64,000 nucleotides of DNA from Myxococcota bacterium (GTDB lineage: Bacteria; Myxococcota_A; Polyangia; Polyangiales; Sandaracinaceae), in NCBI GenBank assembly GCA_036149055.1, contig JAYZQJ010000004.1, positions 64,001-128,000 on the forward strand. Reading direction: 5' to 3'. The notes beneath the pieces were generated by a model. The model had not been told where the DNA came from. It did no database searches and was given only the letters and a program-made list of their open reading frames with translations. Both the position numbers and the translations under genes were made by a program. Shown here in pieces: positions 38,149 through 47,064 of this stretch. Positions within the stretch are counted from its first letter, which is position 1, and the number at the start of each line of letters is the position of its first letter.

Positions 38149-39600
38149 ATGTCGGACGCGTACCGAGCGTTGTTCGCGCAGGCGCCGGACGCGATCACGG
38201 TCGCCGACCTGGAGCGGCGCCACGTCGACTGCAACGAGGTCGCGTGCCGGATGTTCGGCTACACGCGGGACGAGCTGCTCGCGCTCCGCGTCGACGACCT
38301 GGTCGACCCCGAGGCGCTGTCCGTCGATCCGGTGCGGCTGGAGCGGCTCCGCGGCGGCAACCCGCTCTACAAGGTGCGTTCCTTGCGCCGAAAGGACGGC
38401 ACCACCTTCCTGGGCGAGGTGTCGAGCAAGCTCCTGCCGGACGGGCGGGCGATGGCGATCATTCGCGAGCTCGACAGCGAGCGGCTGCGGGCGGCGCACC
38501 ACGAGGCCTTCGAGGCCCGCATGAACGTGGAGCGCCTGGAGTCCCTCGCGCGCCTCGCGGGCGGGGTCGCGCACGACTTCAACAACCTCTTCACCGTGAT
38601 CGCGGCTCAGGCCGAGCTGGCGCGCGAAGGCGACCCCGAGGCCTCGCTCGCCGACATCCTGCAGGCCGTCGAGCGGGGGGCGGAGCTGACCGCGCAGCTG
38701 CTCACGTTCACGCGCCAGCGCGACGAGGACGCGGAGCCGGTCGACTTGCACGCCGCGATCCGCCAGAGCCGCCCGATGCTCGCGCGCATCCTGGGCGACG
38801 CGATCACGCTGAAGACCGAGCTGGTCGCCCGGGACGCCTTCGCGCGGATCTCGGTCGGCGCCTTCGAGCAGGTGCTCGGCATCCTGGCCGCGAACGCGAA
38901 GGACGCGCTGCCCCGCGGCGGCTCCGTCACCATCGCGACCGGCGACGCCGGACAGGGCGCGGTGTCGATCGCCGTCCACGACGACGGCCTGGGCATGAGC
39001 CCCGAGACCCGCGCCCACGCCTTCGAGCCCTTCTTCACCACCAAGCGCCGACCGCTCGGGCGCGGCCTCGGGCTGAGCACCGTGCTCGGCTTCGTGCGCC
39101 GGGCGGGCGGCAACGTGCGGCTCCTCAGCCGCGAGGGGGAGGGCACCACCGTCGAGCTCAGCCTCCCGCGCACCGACGCGCGCCCGCGCCGCGCCGCGAG
39201 CCGCTTCCCCACGCCCCCCGCCCGACACGAGGGCCGCGTGCTCTTCGCCGAGGACGACGACGCGGTGCGCCGCACGACCACCCGCATCCTGCGCGCCGCG
39301 GGCTTCGACGTGACCGAGACCTCGAACGGTCAGGAGGCGCTCGAGCGCTTCGACGCGGACGACGGCTTCGACGTGCTGCTCACCGACGTGGTGATGCCCG
39401 GGATGGACGGCGTCGAGCTCGCCCGGCAGGTCCTGGAGCGCCGCCCGAGCATGCCGATCGTGCTCGTGAGCGGCTACACCGCCGATCGGCTCGACCGCTC
39501 CCCGCTGCCGGCGCGCGTCCGGCTCGTGCAGAAGCCGTTCACGCCCGACGACCTCTTCGCGGCGCTCGGCAAGGCGCGGGTCGTCAGCCCGGCCGGGTGA
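38149..39600 (+). CDS. PAS hybrid histidine kinase with receiver
   Basis: GVAHDFNNL, FEPFFTTK, GLGLS, TDVVMPGMDG. Confidence 0.92.
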   Translation: MSDAYRALFAQAPDAITVADLERRHVDCNEVACRMFGYTRDELLALRVDDLVDPEALSVDPVRLERLRGGNPLYKVRSLRRKDGTTFLGEVSSKLLPDGRAMAIIRELDSERLRAAHHEAFEARMNVERLESLARLAGGVAHDFNNLFTVIAAQAELAREGDPEASLADILQAVERGAELTAQLLTFTRQRDEDAEPVDLHAAIRQSRPMLARILGDAITLKTELVARDAFARISVGAFEQVLGILAANAKDALPRGGSVTIATGDAGQGAVSIAVHDDGLGMSPETRAHAFEPFFTTKRRPLGRGLGLSTVLGFVRRAGGNVRLLSREGEGTTVELSLPRTDARPRRAASRFPTPPARHEGRVLFAEDDDAVRRTTTRILRAAGFDVTETSNGQEALERFDADDGFDVLLTDVVMPGMDGVELARQVLERRPSMPIVLVSGYTADRLDRSPLPARVRLVQKPFTPDDLFAALGKARVVSPAG

Positions 39601-39623
39601 CGCTCATCACGGAGCCGTGACGC

Positions 39624-40157
39624 TCATTCCGGCGCCGTGACGACGGCCTCGCGCAGGGTCGCGAGCCGCGCGTCGCTCACCCCGAACGCCCGGGCGAGGG
39701 CCTGGTGCGCCTCCCGCTCTCCGTCGTCGAGGCGGTCGTCGGCGTCGGCCAGCTGCCAGCTCAGGGCCAGCATCAGCTCCCGCAGGCCCGGCTGGGTGAG
39801 CTCCTCGGCGATCTCGTCGGGGCTCAGCGGCACCCGGACCGCGCGCTCGAGGTGCTCCTTCTCGTCGGGCGACAGCTCGCTGTGCGCGATGATGCGCATC
39901 AGCAGCGCCACCTCCTCGGGCACGATCTCGCGGTCCGCCTGCGCGAGGTAGATGCAGGCGTGGATGGCGCCCCGGCGCTCGCGGACGCGCACCTCGTCCG
40001 ACGCGTCGTGGAAGAACTGGCGGAGCGCCCCCAGCTCGTCCGGCCCGAGCACGACGTTGGCGAGCACCGCGCCCACCTCCTCCTCGTGTCCCATCAGCAC
40101 GCCGCCGCGCGCGAGCGCCCCCACCCAGGTCGCCGTGGCTTCGATCGGGTTCGTCAT
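39624..40157 (-). CDS. TerB-family protein
   Basis: LAQADREIVPEE and LADADDRLDDGE motifs. ATG at 40157. Confidence 0.7.
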   Translation of the reverse strand: MTNPIEATATWVGALARGGVLMGHEEEVGAVLANVVLGPDELGALRQFFHDASDEVRVRERRGAIHACIYLAQADREIVPEEVALLMRIIAHSELSPDEKEHLERAVRVPLSPDEIAEELTQPGLRELMLALSWQLADADDRLDDGEREAHQALARAFGVSDARLATLREAVVTAPE

Positions 40158-40177
40158 CCGGCCCTCCGGCCGGGAGC

Positions 40178-41137
40178 CTATCTCGCCTGCCAGGCCACGG
40201 TCGAAAGGTACGGGAGCGAGGCCTCGTCGGAGACGATGCGGGCCCCGTCCGCGCTCACCGTGCCGGCGCCGAAGCGGGCCAGCTCCGCCTCCTCGACCGG
40301 GGTGCCGTCGACCAGGCGCGTGTCGAGGCCGCCGAGCACGTAGAGATCGACGCTCGCCCCCGGCGGCAGGCCGGCGTCGTTGGGCAGCGCGATCGCGGCC
40401 GGCGTCGCGAGCGCGCCCTCCGGGGTGAAGGTGTAGGCGCCGAGGAGCGGGCGCCCCTCCGCGAAGCAGGCGGTGGCCTCCACCGGCACCGGGCCTCCGG
40501 CGAGGCGCTCGTACGCGTCGGCGCCGAGGAGCGCGTCCGGCGCGAGGCTCAGCGTCACCCCGCCCGGGAAGCGCACCTCGCGCGGCGCGGCCGGGTCGCC
40601 CTCGGGCGGCACCTCGGCCGGCGCGGTCGCGGGCAAGGCGAAGGCCTCCTCGAGCGCGATCACCGGCTCGGTCCCCTCGAGCGCGAAGGGACAGTGGACC
40701 GCGCCGAGCGGCTGACGCGGCGCCACCACCCGCATCGCGGCCCGCTCCAGGCAGCGGATCTCCTGGGGCACCACGATGGTGAACTCGCCCTCGGCGTCGG
40801 TGGTGGGCGGGACCAGGCAGACGAGGCGATCGTCCGGCGCGACCCGCGCGCAGAGCTGCGGCCGCGCGTCGGCCACGCCCGCCCCGCCCTCGAGCGCGAT
40901 CACCCGGCCGCGCACGCCGACCGTCCACCGGGCCTCGCAGCTCGGGTCGGGCTCCAGCGACTCGCAGGCGAGCGGGTCGCCCATCGGGTCGGCCTCACAG
41001 GCCCCCGCGTCCTCGGTCGCGCCGACGTCGGCCAGGGCCCCGGCGTCGCGCCCCGCGTCCGGAGTGTCGTCCGGCGGAGCCGCTCCGTCGCACCCGGCGA
41101 GGGCCAGCGCGGCGATGATCTGTAACGCGCGTCGCAT
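40178..41137 (-). CDS. Hypothetical lipoprotein
   Basis: Lipobox LAGC; DAG-repeat linker. Confidence 0.7.
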   Translation of the reverse strand: MRRALQIIAALALAGCDGAAPPDDTPDAGRDAGALADVGATEDAGACEADPMGDPLACESLEPDPSCEARWTVGVRGRVIALEGGAGVADARPQLCARVAPDDRLVCLVPPTTDAEGEFTIVVPQEIRCLERAAMRVVAPRQPLGAVHCPFALEGTEPVIALEEAFALPATAPAEVPPEGDPAAPREVRFPGGVTLSLAPDALLGADAYERLAGGPVPVEATACFAEGRPLLGAYTFTPEGALATPAAIALPNDAGLPPGASVDLYVLGGLDTRLVDGTPVEEAELARFGAGTVSADGARIVSDEASLPYLSTVAWQAR

Positions 41138-41176
41138 CGGCGCATAGTAGTCGCCGCCTTCTGCCTCGGTTTCAGC

Positions 41177-41845
41177 ATGCGCGTGATTTCCTTCGCCTCA
41201 CTCCTCCTCCTCGGCTGCACCTCGAGCCCGCCGATGTCCCCCGACGCGGCCGCCGACGCCAGCCTCGGCCACCCTCCCGACGCCGCGTCCGCTTCCGACG
41301 CCGGGCCCGAGGACGCCGGGCGCCACGACGCCGGACCCGTGGACGCAGGCCTTCCCGGGCCTATCTGTCCTCCGGAGGGGCCCTTCGGGCCGAACCGGGG
41401 CGACGTGGCCGAGGAGCTCGTGCTGATGGACTGCGACGGGGTCGCCCACTCGCTCCACGAGCTCTGCGATCGCGAGGTCACCTGGCTCTTCGAGCTCGCC
41501 GACTGGTGCCCGCCCTGCCGCTCGTTCGCGCGGAACGACGCCAACCGGATCTACGATCGCTTCGTCGCCGAGCGCGGAGAGGCCTTCGCCGGGTGGATGG
41601 TGATCAGCGAGGACGCCGGCTTCGATCCGGCCGACGCGGCGGACTGCGCCGAGATCCGCGAGCGCTACGGCATCCACATGCCGGTGCTCATCGACCCGAC
41701 CGGCGCCTTCCAGTCGCAGTTCGGCGTCACCTCGAACGAGGTGCACATCGTGCTCACCGAGGGCGCGGTCATCGGCTGGAAGGGCCACTACGCCGGCGAC
41801 CAGGTCGAGGACCGGATCGAGGCCGCCTTCGCCTCAGGGGGCTGA
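41177..41845 (+). CDS. Thioredoxin-fold (TlpA/redoxin-like) lipoprotein
   Basis: Lipobox LLGC; ADWCPPC; PVLIDP. Confidence 0.8.
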   Translation: MRVISFASLLLLGCTSSPPMSPDAAADASLGHPPDAASASDAGPEDAGRHDAGPVDAGLPGPICPPEGPFGPNRGDVAEELVLMDCDGVAHSLHELCDREVTWLFELADWCPPCRSFARNDANRIYDRFVAERGEAFAGWMVISEDAGFDPADAADCAEIRERYGIHMPVLIDPTGAFQSQFGVTSNEVHIVLTEGAVIGWKGHYAGDQVEDRIEAAFASGG

Positions 41846-44770
41846 CCCGTCGTAGAAGGCGCGGGCGTGCGCGATGGCGGCGAGGCCGACGTCGTGCCCG
41901 AGCGTGCGGCCCACCACGTCGTCGGGGCGGATGTGGATGCCGCCGTAGATCCGCGACTGACCCGCCTGGTCGGCGGCGTCGAAGTAGGTGCCCCACTGGA
42001 GGCGGACCTCGACGCTCGGGCCGCGCTCGAACACGAGGTAGCTGCGCTCCCGGGCGACGTACTCGCCGAGCCCGCCGGGGAAGAACGCGTCGCCGGTGAA
42101 GGCGGCGAGCACCTCGGCGGCCGCGCGGCTGAAGGTGCTGTGCCCCGAGACGAAGCCCGGGAAGGCGGGCGTGACGAAGTTCCGCCGCTGGTAAGGCACC
42201 CACTCGACCCCGCGCAGCCACTGGATCGGCGTGGTGTCGTTCGCCCGGTCGCCCGGCTCTCCCGGCCAGCCGCGCACCGCGACCTGACCGACGAAGGGCG
42301 CGAGCCGCTCGTGGCGGGCCCCCGGAACGACCGTCTCCTCGGTGATCAGCTCGATCAGCCCGGGCACGAGCGGCAGGCCGTCGGGGTGATAGGCGGGCCC
42401 GTCCGGATCGCTCGACTGCCCGAGCTGGGCCATGTAGCGGACGAGCGAGATCGGCCGCGCGCTCGAGTGCGCGCGCTTGGTGCCCCAGGCGACGATCGCG
42501 GCGTCGTGCACGGCGCCGTTCAGCGCGAGGTAGAGCTTCACGTCCCACTCGAGCGGGTCGAGCTCCGGCGCCGAGCCGTCGCGGCAGGCGTCGAAGTCGG
42601 GCGCGCCGCCGACGCAGCGCCGCTGCATCGGGTGATCGGTCACGTAGTTGGCGAGCGTGTTCCAGTGCCCCGGCGGCGTCTCGGAGCTGGGGCCGTCGGC
42701 CCAGAACTCGGCGAGCACGCGCGCGAGGTCCCCGAGCGGCACCACGTTGGGCGCGTAGGGCGCGCCGGTGGCCGGGTTGAGCGGGTGCCCTTCGCCGTCC
42801 TGGGTGCCGAGCGGGTTGTTGCCGTAGGCGCCCGGCGAGATGTCGAGGGTGACGTCGTTCACCTCGAGGTCCGCCTCCGCCTGGATGATCTCGACGACCC
42901 AGCCCTTCATCTCCGGGTCGGCGAAGGTGGGCCCCTCGCCCGCGTCGAGGTAGAGCCCGTCGGGGCGGCGATCGCGGAGGGCGAAGGGCCGGACCTCTCC
43001 CCAGTTGGGGCCGATGTAGCCCTGCACGCCGCTCGGCAGGATCAGCCCGTTCTGGGTCGCGGCCTCGAAGAGGTTGAGCTGCTGCCACCAGTCCGGCGCC
43101 GGCAGCTCCACGCCGGGCTCGTCGACCACGAGCGGCGGGTTCATCGGCGCCCAGCCCGTGGTGTCGGCGTAGTTGGCGCCCTCGTTCGCGCCGTCGTCCG
43201 CGCTCATGGCGACGATCGCGGCGCCGATGCGGTTGCCGAGCGCGCGCGGGGAGTCTCCCTCGGCGCCGTCGTCGTCCGGATCGTAGCCCAGCGTCTCCAT
43301 GAACGAACGGAAGCAGGCTTGCGAGACGTCCGAGCCGGGCTGCGCGGCGCGGCTGTCGTCGTAGCGGTGCGCGAGCACCCGGAGGGCGGCGTAGCTGATG
43401 GCCTCGCGCCGGGCCGCGTCGACGTCGCTCGCGCTCTGACGCTCGCGCACGAGGACGCCCTGGGCGACCGCGTCGTAGGCCGCCCACGCGTCCCACATCG
43501 CCGCCGACAGGTGGTAGAGGTTGCGCGCGTGCACGCCGGGGCGGGGGATGTCGCGGCGGATCGCGTTGAGGATCTGCTCGTTCCAGCGGCGCGCGATGCT
43601 GCCCTCGGGCGCGGGGTCGATCGCGTCGGCGGGGCAGGTCGCCGGGGTGGGGCCCGCGTCGACGCCGCCGTCGCTCGGGGGCGGCGCCTCGGCGTACACC
43701 GGCACCTCGGCGCCGAAGTGCACCACCGCGCCCTCGGTGAGCGCGGGGGAGAGCACGTCGCCGCCCACCAGCCAGACGCCGCCGCTCGGGTCGATCCAGG
43801 TCGCGTGGTAGGAGCCGACCCGCACGTCGACCTCGGGCCGGACCTCCTCCCAGTCCTGGCCGCCGCCGTCGCGGCGGTAGATCGTGCCCTGGAAGCCGCC
43901 CGCCCAGGCCGAGCCGTCGGCGCGCACCGAGACGCCCTGGAGCAGCGGGGCGAGCTCGGGGGAGGCGTCGGCGAGGGCGCCGTCCGCGCCCGCCTCGAGC
44001 ACCCGGCAGTTGCCGGCCCCGCCGACCGCGACGAGGTGCGCCATCGCGCCGGCCTCGTCGGTCGCGCCGGCGACGGTGAAGAGCGTCTCCTCGGCCGGGC
44101 TCTCGACGACCTCGAAGGTGGCGCCGTCGTCGGCGCGCAGCACGAGCCCGCGGCCCCCGACCACCCAGACCCGGCCCTCGCCGTCGCCCCACACCTTGAA
44201 GAGCCCCGGCCAGTCGCCGTCGGGCCCGAGGGGGATGTCGCGAGGCAGCGTGAGCTGGCTCCAGGTCTCGCCGTCCCAGCGCCAGATGAAGCCGCGGCGC
44301 CCGCCGAAGCCGCCCACCGCGTAGACGTCGTCGGGCCGCGCGCCCCAGACGCCGAACACCGTCTCGCGACCGAGGCCGGGCGTGTCCATGCGCGTCCAGG
44401 CGGCGCCGTCCCAGCGCAGGATCGCGCCGCGCTCACCGCCGACGAAGAGATCGTCCGGGGCGAAGGCGTGGGCCCACCAGAGGTGGCCGTCGTGGCCGGT
44501 CTCCACCCGCGCCCAGCGATCGCCGTCGTAGTGCAGCACGAGCGGGCCGCGGCCGAGGTCGGCGCCCACCGCCCAGACGTCGTCGGCGGCGGTCCCGGTG
44601 ATCGAGAGGAGCGCCTCCGGGAGGCGCTCCGAGACCACGGTCCAGCGGCGTTCGTCCGGCTCGGGGCAGCCGGAGAGCACGAGCGCAGCGCAGAGGGTGA
44701 GGGCGAAGCGGGCAGCGGTTGTCCGGATGATCACGGGCGGAACATTGGCACCACCGGCCCGGTTCGTCAC
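41834..44770 (-). CDS. Lipoprotein: beta-propeller-like repeats plus vanadium haloperoxidase/PAP2-like domain
   Basis: LSGC lipobox (start may be GTG 44734). VWAVG/WDG repeats. KRAHSSARP, PGFVSGHSTF and SRIYGGIH vanadate/phosphate-binding motifs. Confidence 0.8.
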   Translation of the reverse strand: MTNRAGGANVPPVIIRTTAARFALTLCAALVLSGCPEPDERRWTVVSERLPEALLSITGTAADDVWAVGADLGRGPLVLHYDGDRWARVETGHDGHLWWAHAFAPDDLFVGGERGAILRWDGAAWTRMDTPGLGRETVFGVWGARPDDVYAVGGFGGRRGFIWRWDGETWSQLTLPRDIPLGPDGDWPGLFKVWGDGEGRVWVVGGRGLVLRADDGATFEVVESPAEETLFTVAGATDEAGAMAHLVAVGGAGNCRVLEAGADGALADASPELAPLLQGVSVRADGSAWAGGFQGTIYRRDGGGQDWEEVRPEVDVRVGSYHATWIDPSGGVWLVGGDVLSPALTEGAVVHFGAEVPVYAEAPPPSDGGVDAGPTPATCPADAIDPAPEGSIARRWNEQILNAIRRDIPRPGVHARNLYHLSAAMWDAWAAYDAVAQGVLVRERQSASDVDAARREAISYAALRVLAHRYDDSRAAQPGSDVSQACFRSFMETLGYDPDDDGAEGDSPRALGNRIGAAIVAMSADDGANEGANYADTTGWAPMNPPLVVDEPGVELPAPDWWQQLNLFEAATQNGLILPSGVQGYIGPNWGEVRPFALRDRRPDGLYLDAGEGPTFADPEMKGWVVEIIQAEADLEVNDVTLDISPGAYGNNPLGTQDGEGHPLNPATGAPYAPNVVPLGDLARVLAEFWADGPSSETPPGHWNTLANYVTDHPMQRRCVGGAPDFDACRDGSAPELDPLEWDVKLYLALNGAVHDAAIVAWGTKRAHSSARPISLVRYMAQLGQSSDPDGPAYHPDGLPLVPGLIELITEETVVPGARHERLAPFVGQVAVRGWPGEPGDRANDTTPIQWLRGVEWVPYQRRNFVTPAFPGFVSGHSTFSRAAAEVLAAFTGDAFFPGGLGEYVARERSYLVFERGPSVEVRLQWGTYFDAADQAGQSRIYGGIHIRPDDVVGRTLGHDVGLAAIAHARAFYDGSAP

Positions 44771-46980
44771 CCCCGGCGGCGTCGAACGAACACCAGGGCG
44801 GCGAGCGCGAGGCCCAGCAACCAGCCGTGCCGCGTGGAGTCACCGGTGGCGACTCCGCAGTTGGGGTTGGTCCGGGTGTAGCCGCCGCTGGCCCCCGCCG
44901 TCTCGGGGCAGTAGGTCAGCCCCTCGGGGCGGCGGCAGGTGCCGGGGCACTCCCACGAGCCGTCGGCCCGGCAGGAGCAGTGGCGGACCGAGCCGCGCGA
45001 GCAGCCCTGGTCGTGGAGCACGATGCCGCCCACGCAGATGCGGCGGTCGCCCGCGCCGGCGAGGCCCGGGGCCACGCAGTGCGGCTCGCTCGCGCGCGGC
45101 TCGCGGTCGCAGGGGTTCGGGTTCTGGACCGGGCAGAGCGGGCAGTAGCCGTTCGTGCAGACGTAGCGGTCCTCGCGCCCGCCGGGCGGCCCGCAGGTGG
45201 CGTCGGCGGAGCGGCCGTACTCGCCGTCGAGCTTCACGTCCCGGAACGCGCGGGCCACGCTGCAGGCGTCGGCGGCGGTGAACCCGTGGCGCCCGCTCTG
45301 CGCCCAGGCGTCGGCCTGCTGCACGATCGCGTCGCGGAACTGCCGGAAGCGCTCGGTGCTCGACGACCGGTTGTAGCCGAGCGTGAAGTACATCAGGTGC
45401 TCGGCCCGCTGCACCGGCATGTCGTACTCCTGGAGCATCCGGTAGAACGGCGTGCTGATCAGGTAGGTGTGATCGTGCACGTCGTAGCCGGCGTCGCGCA
45501 GCATGTCGGCGTTCAGGCCCGCGCGCAGGAAGGCGTCGTAGTTGCTCTGGTCGGGCCGGCCGGGGGGCGACTGGAAGTTCTGCCCGCGGTAGCCCGAGCG
45601 CCGGCTGCCGGTCAGCCACGGGTCGCAGAAGACCCAGAAGGCGTCGGCGACCGCCTCCTTGATCGCGCCCGGCTCCGCGCGGTGGCGGCGCAGCGTGTCG
45701 TGCAGCGCGTGGCCGTACTCGTGGCAGACCACCGCCGCCTCGCCCGCCGAGCGGGTGCCGAGGTAGACGAGCCCGTAGGAGTACCACCCCGCGCTCGGGC
45801 TCACGCTCGTCGGCTCCATCATGATGCGGACGCCGCCGGGCGAGAGCTGGGAGATGTTCACCGCCGGGTGCGAGGTCGCGCGCCAGCCATCCTGACCGGA
45901 GCGAGCGCGCACCGACTCGGCGATGCGAGCCATCCAGCTCCAGACCTGCCGCTCGCTGCTGGTCAGCCCGGTGGGCGGGCCGCCGCTGCTCGAGGCGGCG
46001 GCGACGCGACGGTGGCCGGTCATGTGATCGCGGCTGCTGCCGGGCAGCGGGGTCGGCGTCGGGCGGTGGATCTCCACCGAGGCCTCGTCGAAGGTCGAGA
46101 ACGACTCGAGCACCTCGAGGCTGCCGTCCTCGATCACCATCTGGCGGAGGGAGCCGTCCACCTGCCAGGCCGCCCGCGGGCGCGCCGGGTCGAAGAGCAC
46201 GCCGAAGGCCGCGGCGATGTCGCCCGCCTCGGCGGCCGCCTCGCGGGCCTCGGCCTCGGTGGAGGTGAACGAGGGCGCCGCGTCGACGCCGACGAAGAGG
46301 CGGGCGTGCACGCTCACGACCACGCCCTCGGGGTCCATCTCGATGTCGATCCCGGCGCGGTGCCCGGGCACTCCGTCGATGACCTGGTCGAAGCGCACCG
46401 TGGCCCAGCCGTCGGGCGCGACCTCCACCGCGGACTCCACCAGCTGATCCGCCGGCGCGCCGAAGGCGAGGGCGTGGCGGGCGAGGAAGTCGGCGGCCCG
46501 CGCCGAGGGCGTGTCCCCGGTGGTGCCGACCCGCAGGGTCACGTTGGCCGGGGCGCCGGTCTCGTCGCTCTCGGTGATCGCGACCTCGTGCGCGCTCTCG
46601 GCCCGGAGCCGGTCGAGCGCCTCCTCGACGCTGGCCCGCTGCACGAGCCGCACGGTGCACTCGAAGACGCTCGCGCGGGTCACCCGCAGGCGCACCGGGG
46701 TCTCGGCCGGCACCGCCACCTCGCCGATGGCCACCTCGCCCGGGCCGCCGCTGAAGTCGGCGGTGACGTTCTCCTCGTCGAGCCAGACCTCGAAGCCGTC
46801 CTCCCCGCTCGAGATCCGGACCTCGGCGGTGGGCCCGGTCCGCAGCGTCTGCTCGATCATGCAGTCGACGGGGAAGGCGTCGACCGACACGGCGAGCGCG
46901 TCTCCGTCCCGCACCGCCGGCTCCGGGGTGGCGCAGGCGGGGACGAGGATGAAGGCGCAGAGCAGGAGGCAGCGGCGCAT
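44767..46980 (-). CDS. M4/thermolysin-like metallopeptidase, paralog 1
   Basis: VPAC lipobox; propeptide VRFDQVIDGVP; HEYGH...GAIKEAVAD; Cys-rich tail; C...TM-RRRR MYXO-CTERM-like end. Confidence 0.75.
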   Translation of the reverse strand: MRRCLLLCAFILVPACATPEPAVRDGDALAVSVDAFPVDCMIEQTLRTGPTAEVRISSGEDGFEVWLDEENVTADFSGGPGEVAIGEVAVPAETPVRLRVTRASVFECTVRLVQRASVEEALDRLRAESAHEVAITESDETGAPANVTLRVGTTGDTPSARAADFLARHALAFGAPADQLVESAVEVAPDGWATVRFDQVIDGVPGHRAGIDIEMDPEGVVVSVHARLFVGVDAAPSFTSTEAEAREAAAEAGDIAAAFGVLFDPARPRAAWQVDGSLRQMVIEDGSLEVLESFSTFDEASVEIHRPTPTPLPGSSRDHMTGHRRVAAASSSGGPPTGLTSSERQVWSWMARIAESVRARSGQDGWRATSHPAVNISQLSPGGVRIMMEPTSVSPSAGWYSYGLVYLGTRSAGEAAVVCHEYGHALHDTLRRHRAEPGAIKEAVADAFWVFCDPWLTGSRRSGYRGQNFQSPPGRPDQSNYDAFLRAGLNADMLRDAGYDVHDHTYLISTPFYRMLQEYDMPVQRAEHLMYFTLGYNRSSSTERFRQFRDAIVQQADAWAQSGRHGFTAADACSVARAFRDVKLDGEYGRSADATCGPPGGREDRYVCTNGYCPLCPVQNPNPCDREPRASEPHCVAPGLAGAGDRRICVGGIVLHDQGCSRGSVRHCSCRADGSWECPGTCRRPEGLTYCPETAGASGGYTRTNPNCGVATGDSTRHGWLLGLALAALVFVRRRRG

Positions 46981-46992
46981 GTACGACGGAAA

Positions 46993-47008
46993 AGCGAAAC
47001 CCATGCCG
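46993..47008 (-). promoter_or_regulatory. Sigma54-like promoter
   Basis: Minus strand CGGCATGGGTTTCGCT, GG-N10-GC. Confidence 0.55.
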
Positions 47009-47064
47009 GCCATGATCGTGGCATGGCAGGCGAGGTTTCGCTCCCAAAACGGGGACTCTGGACC

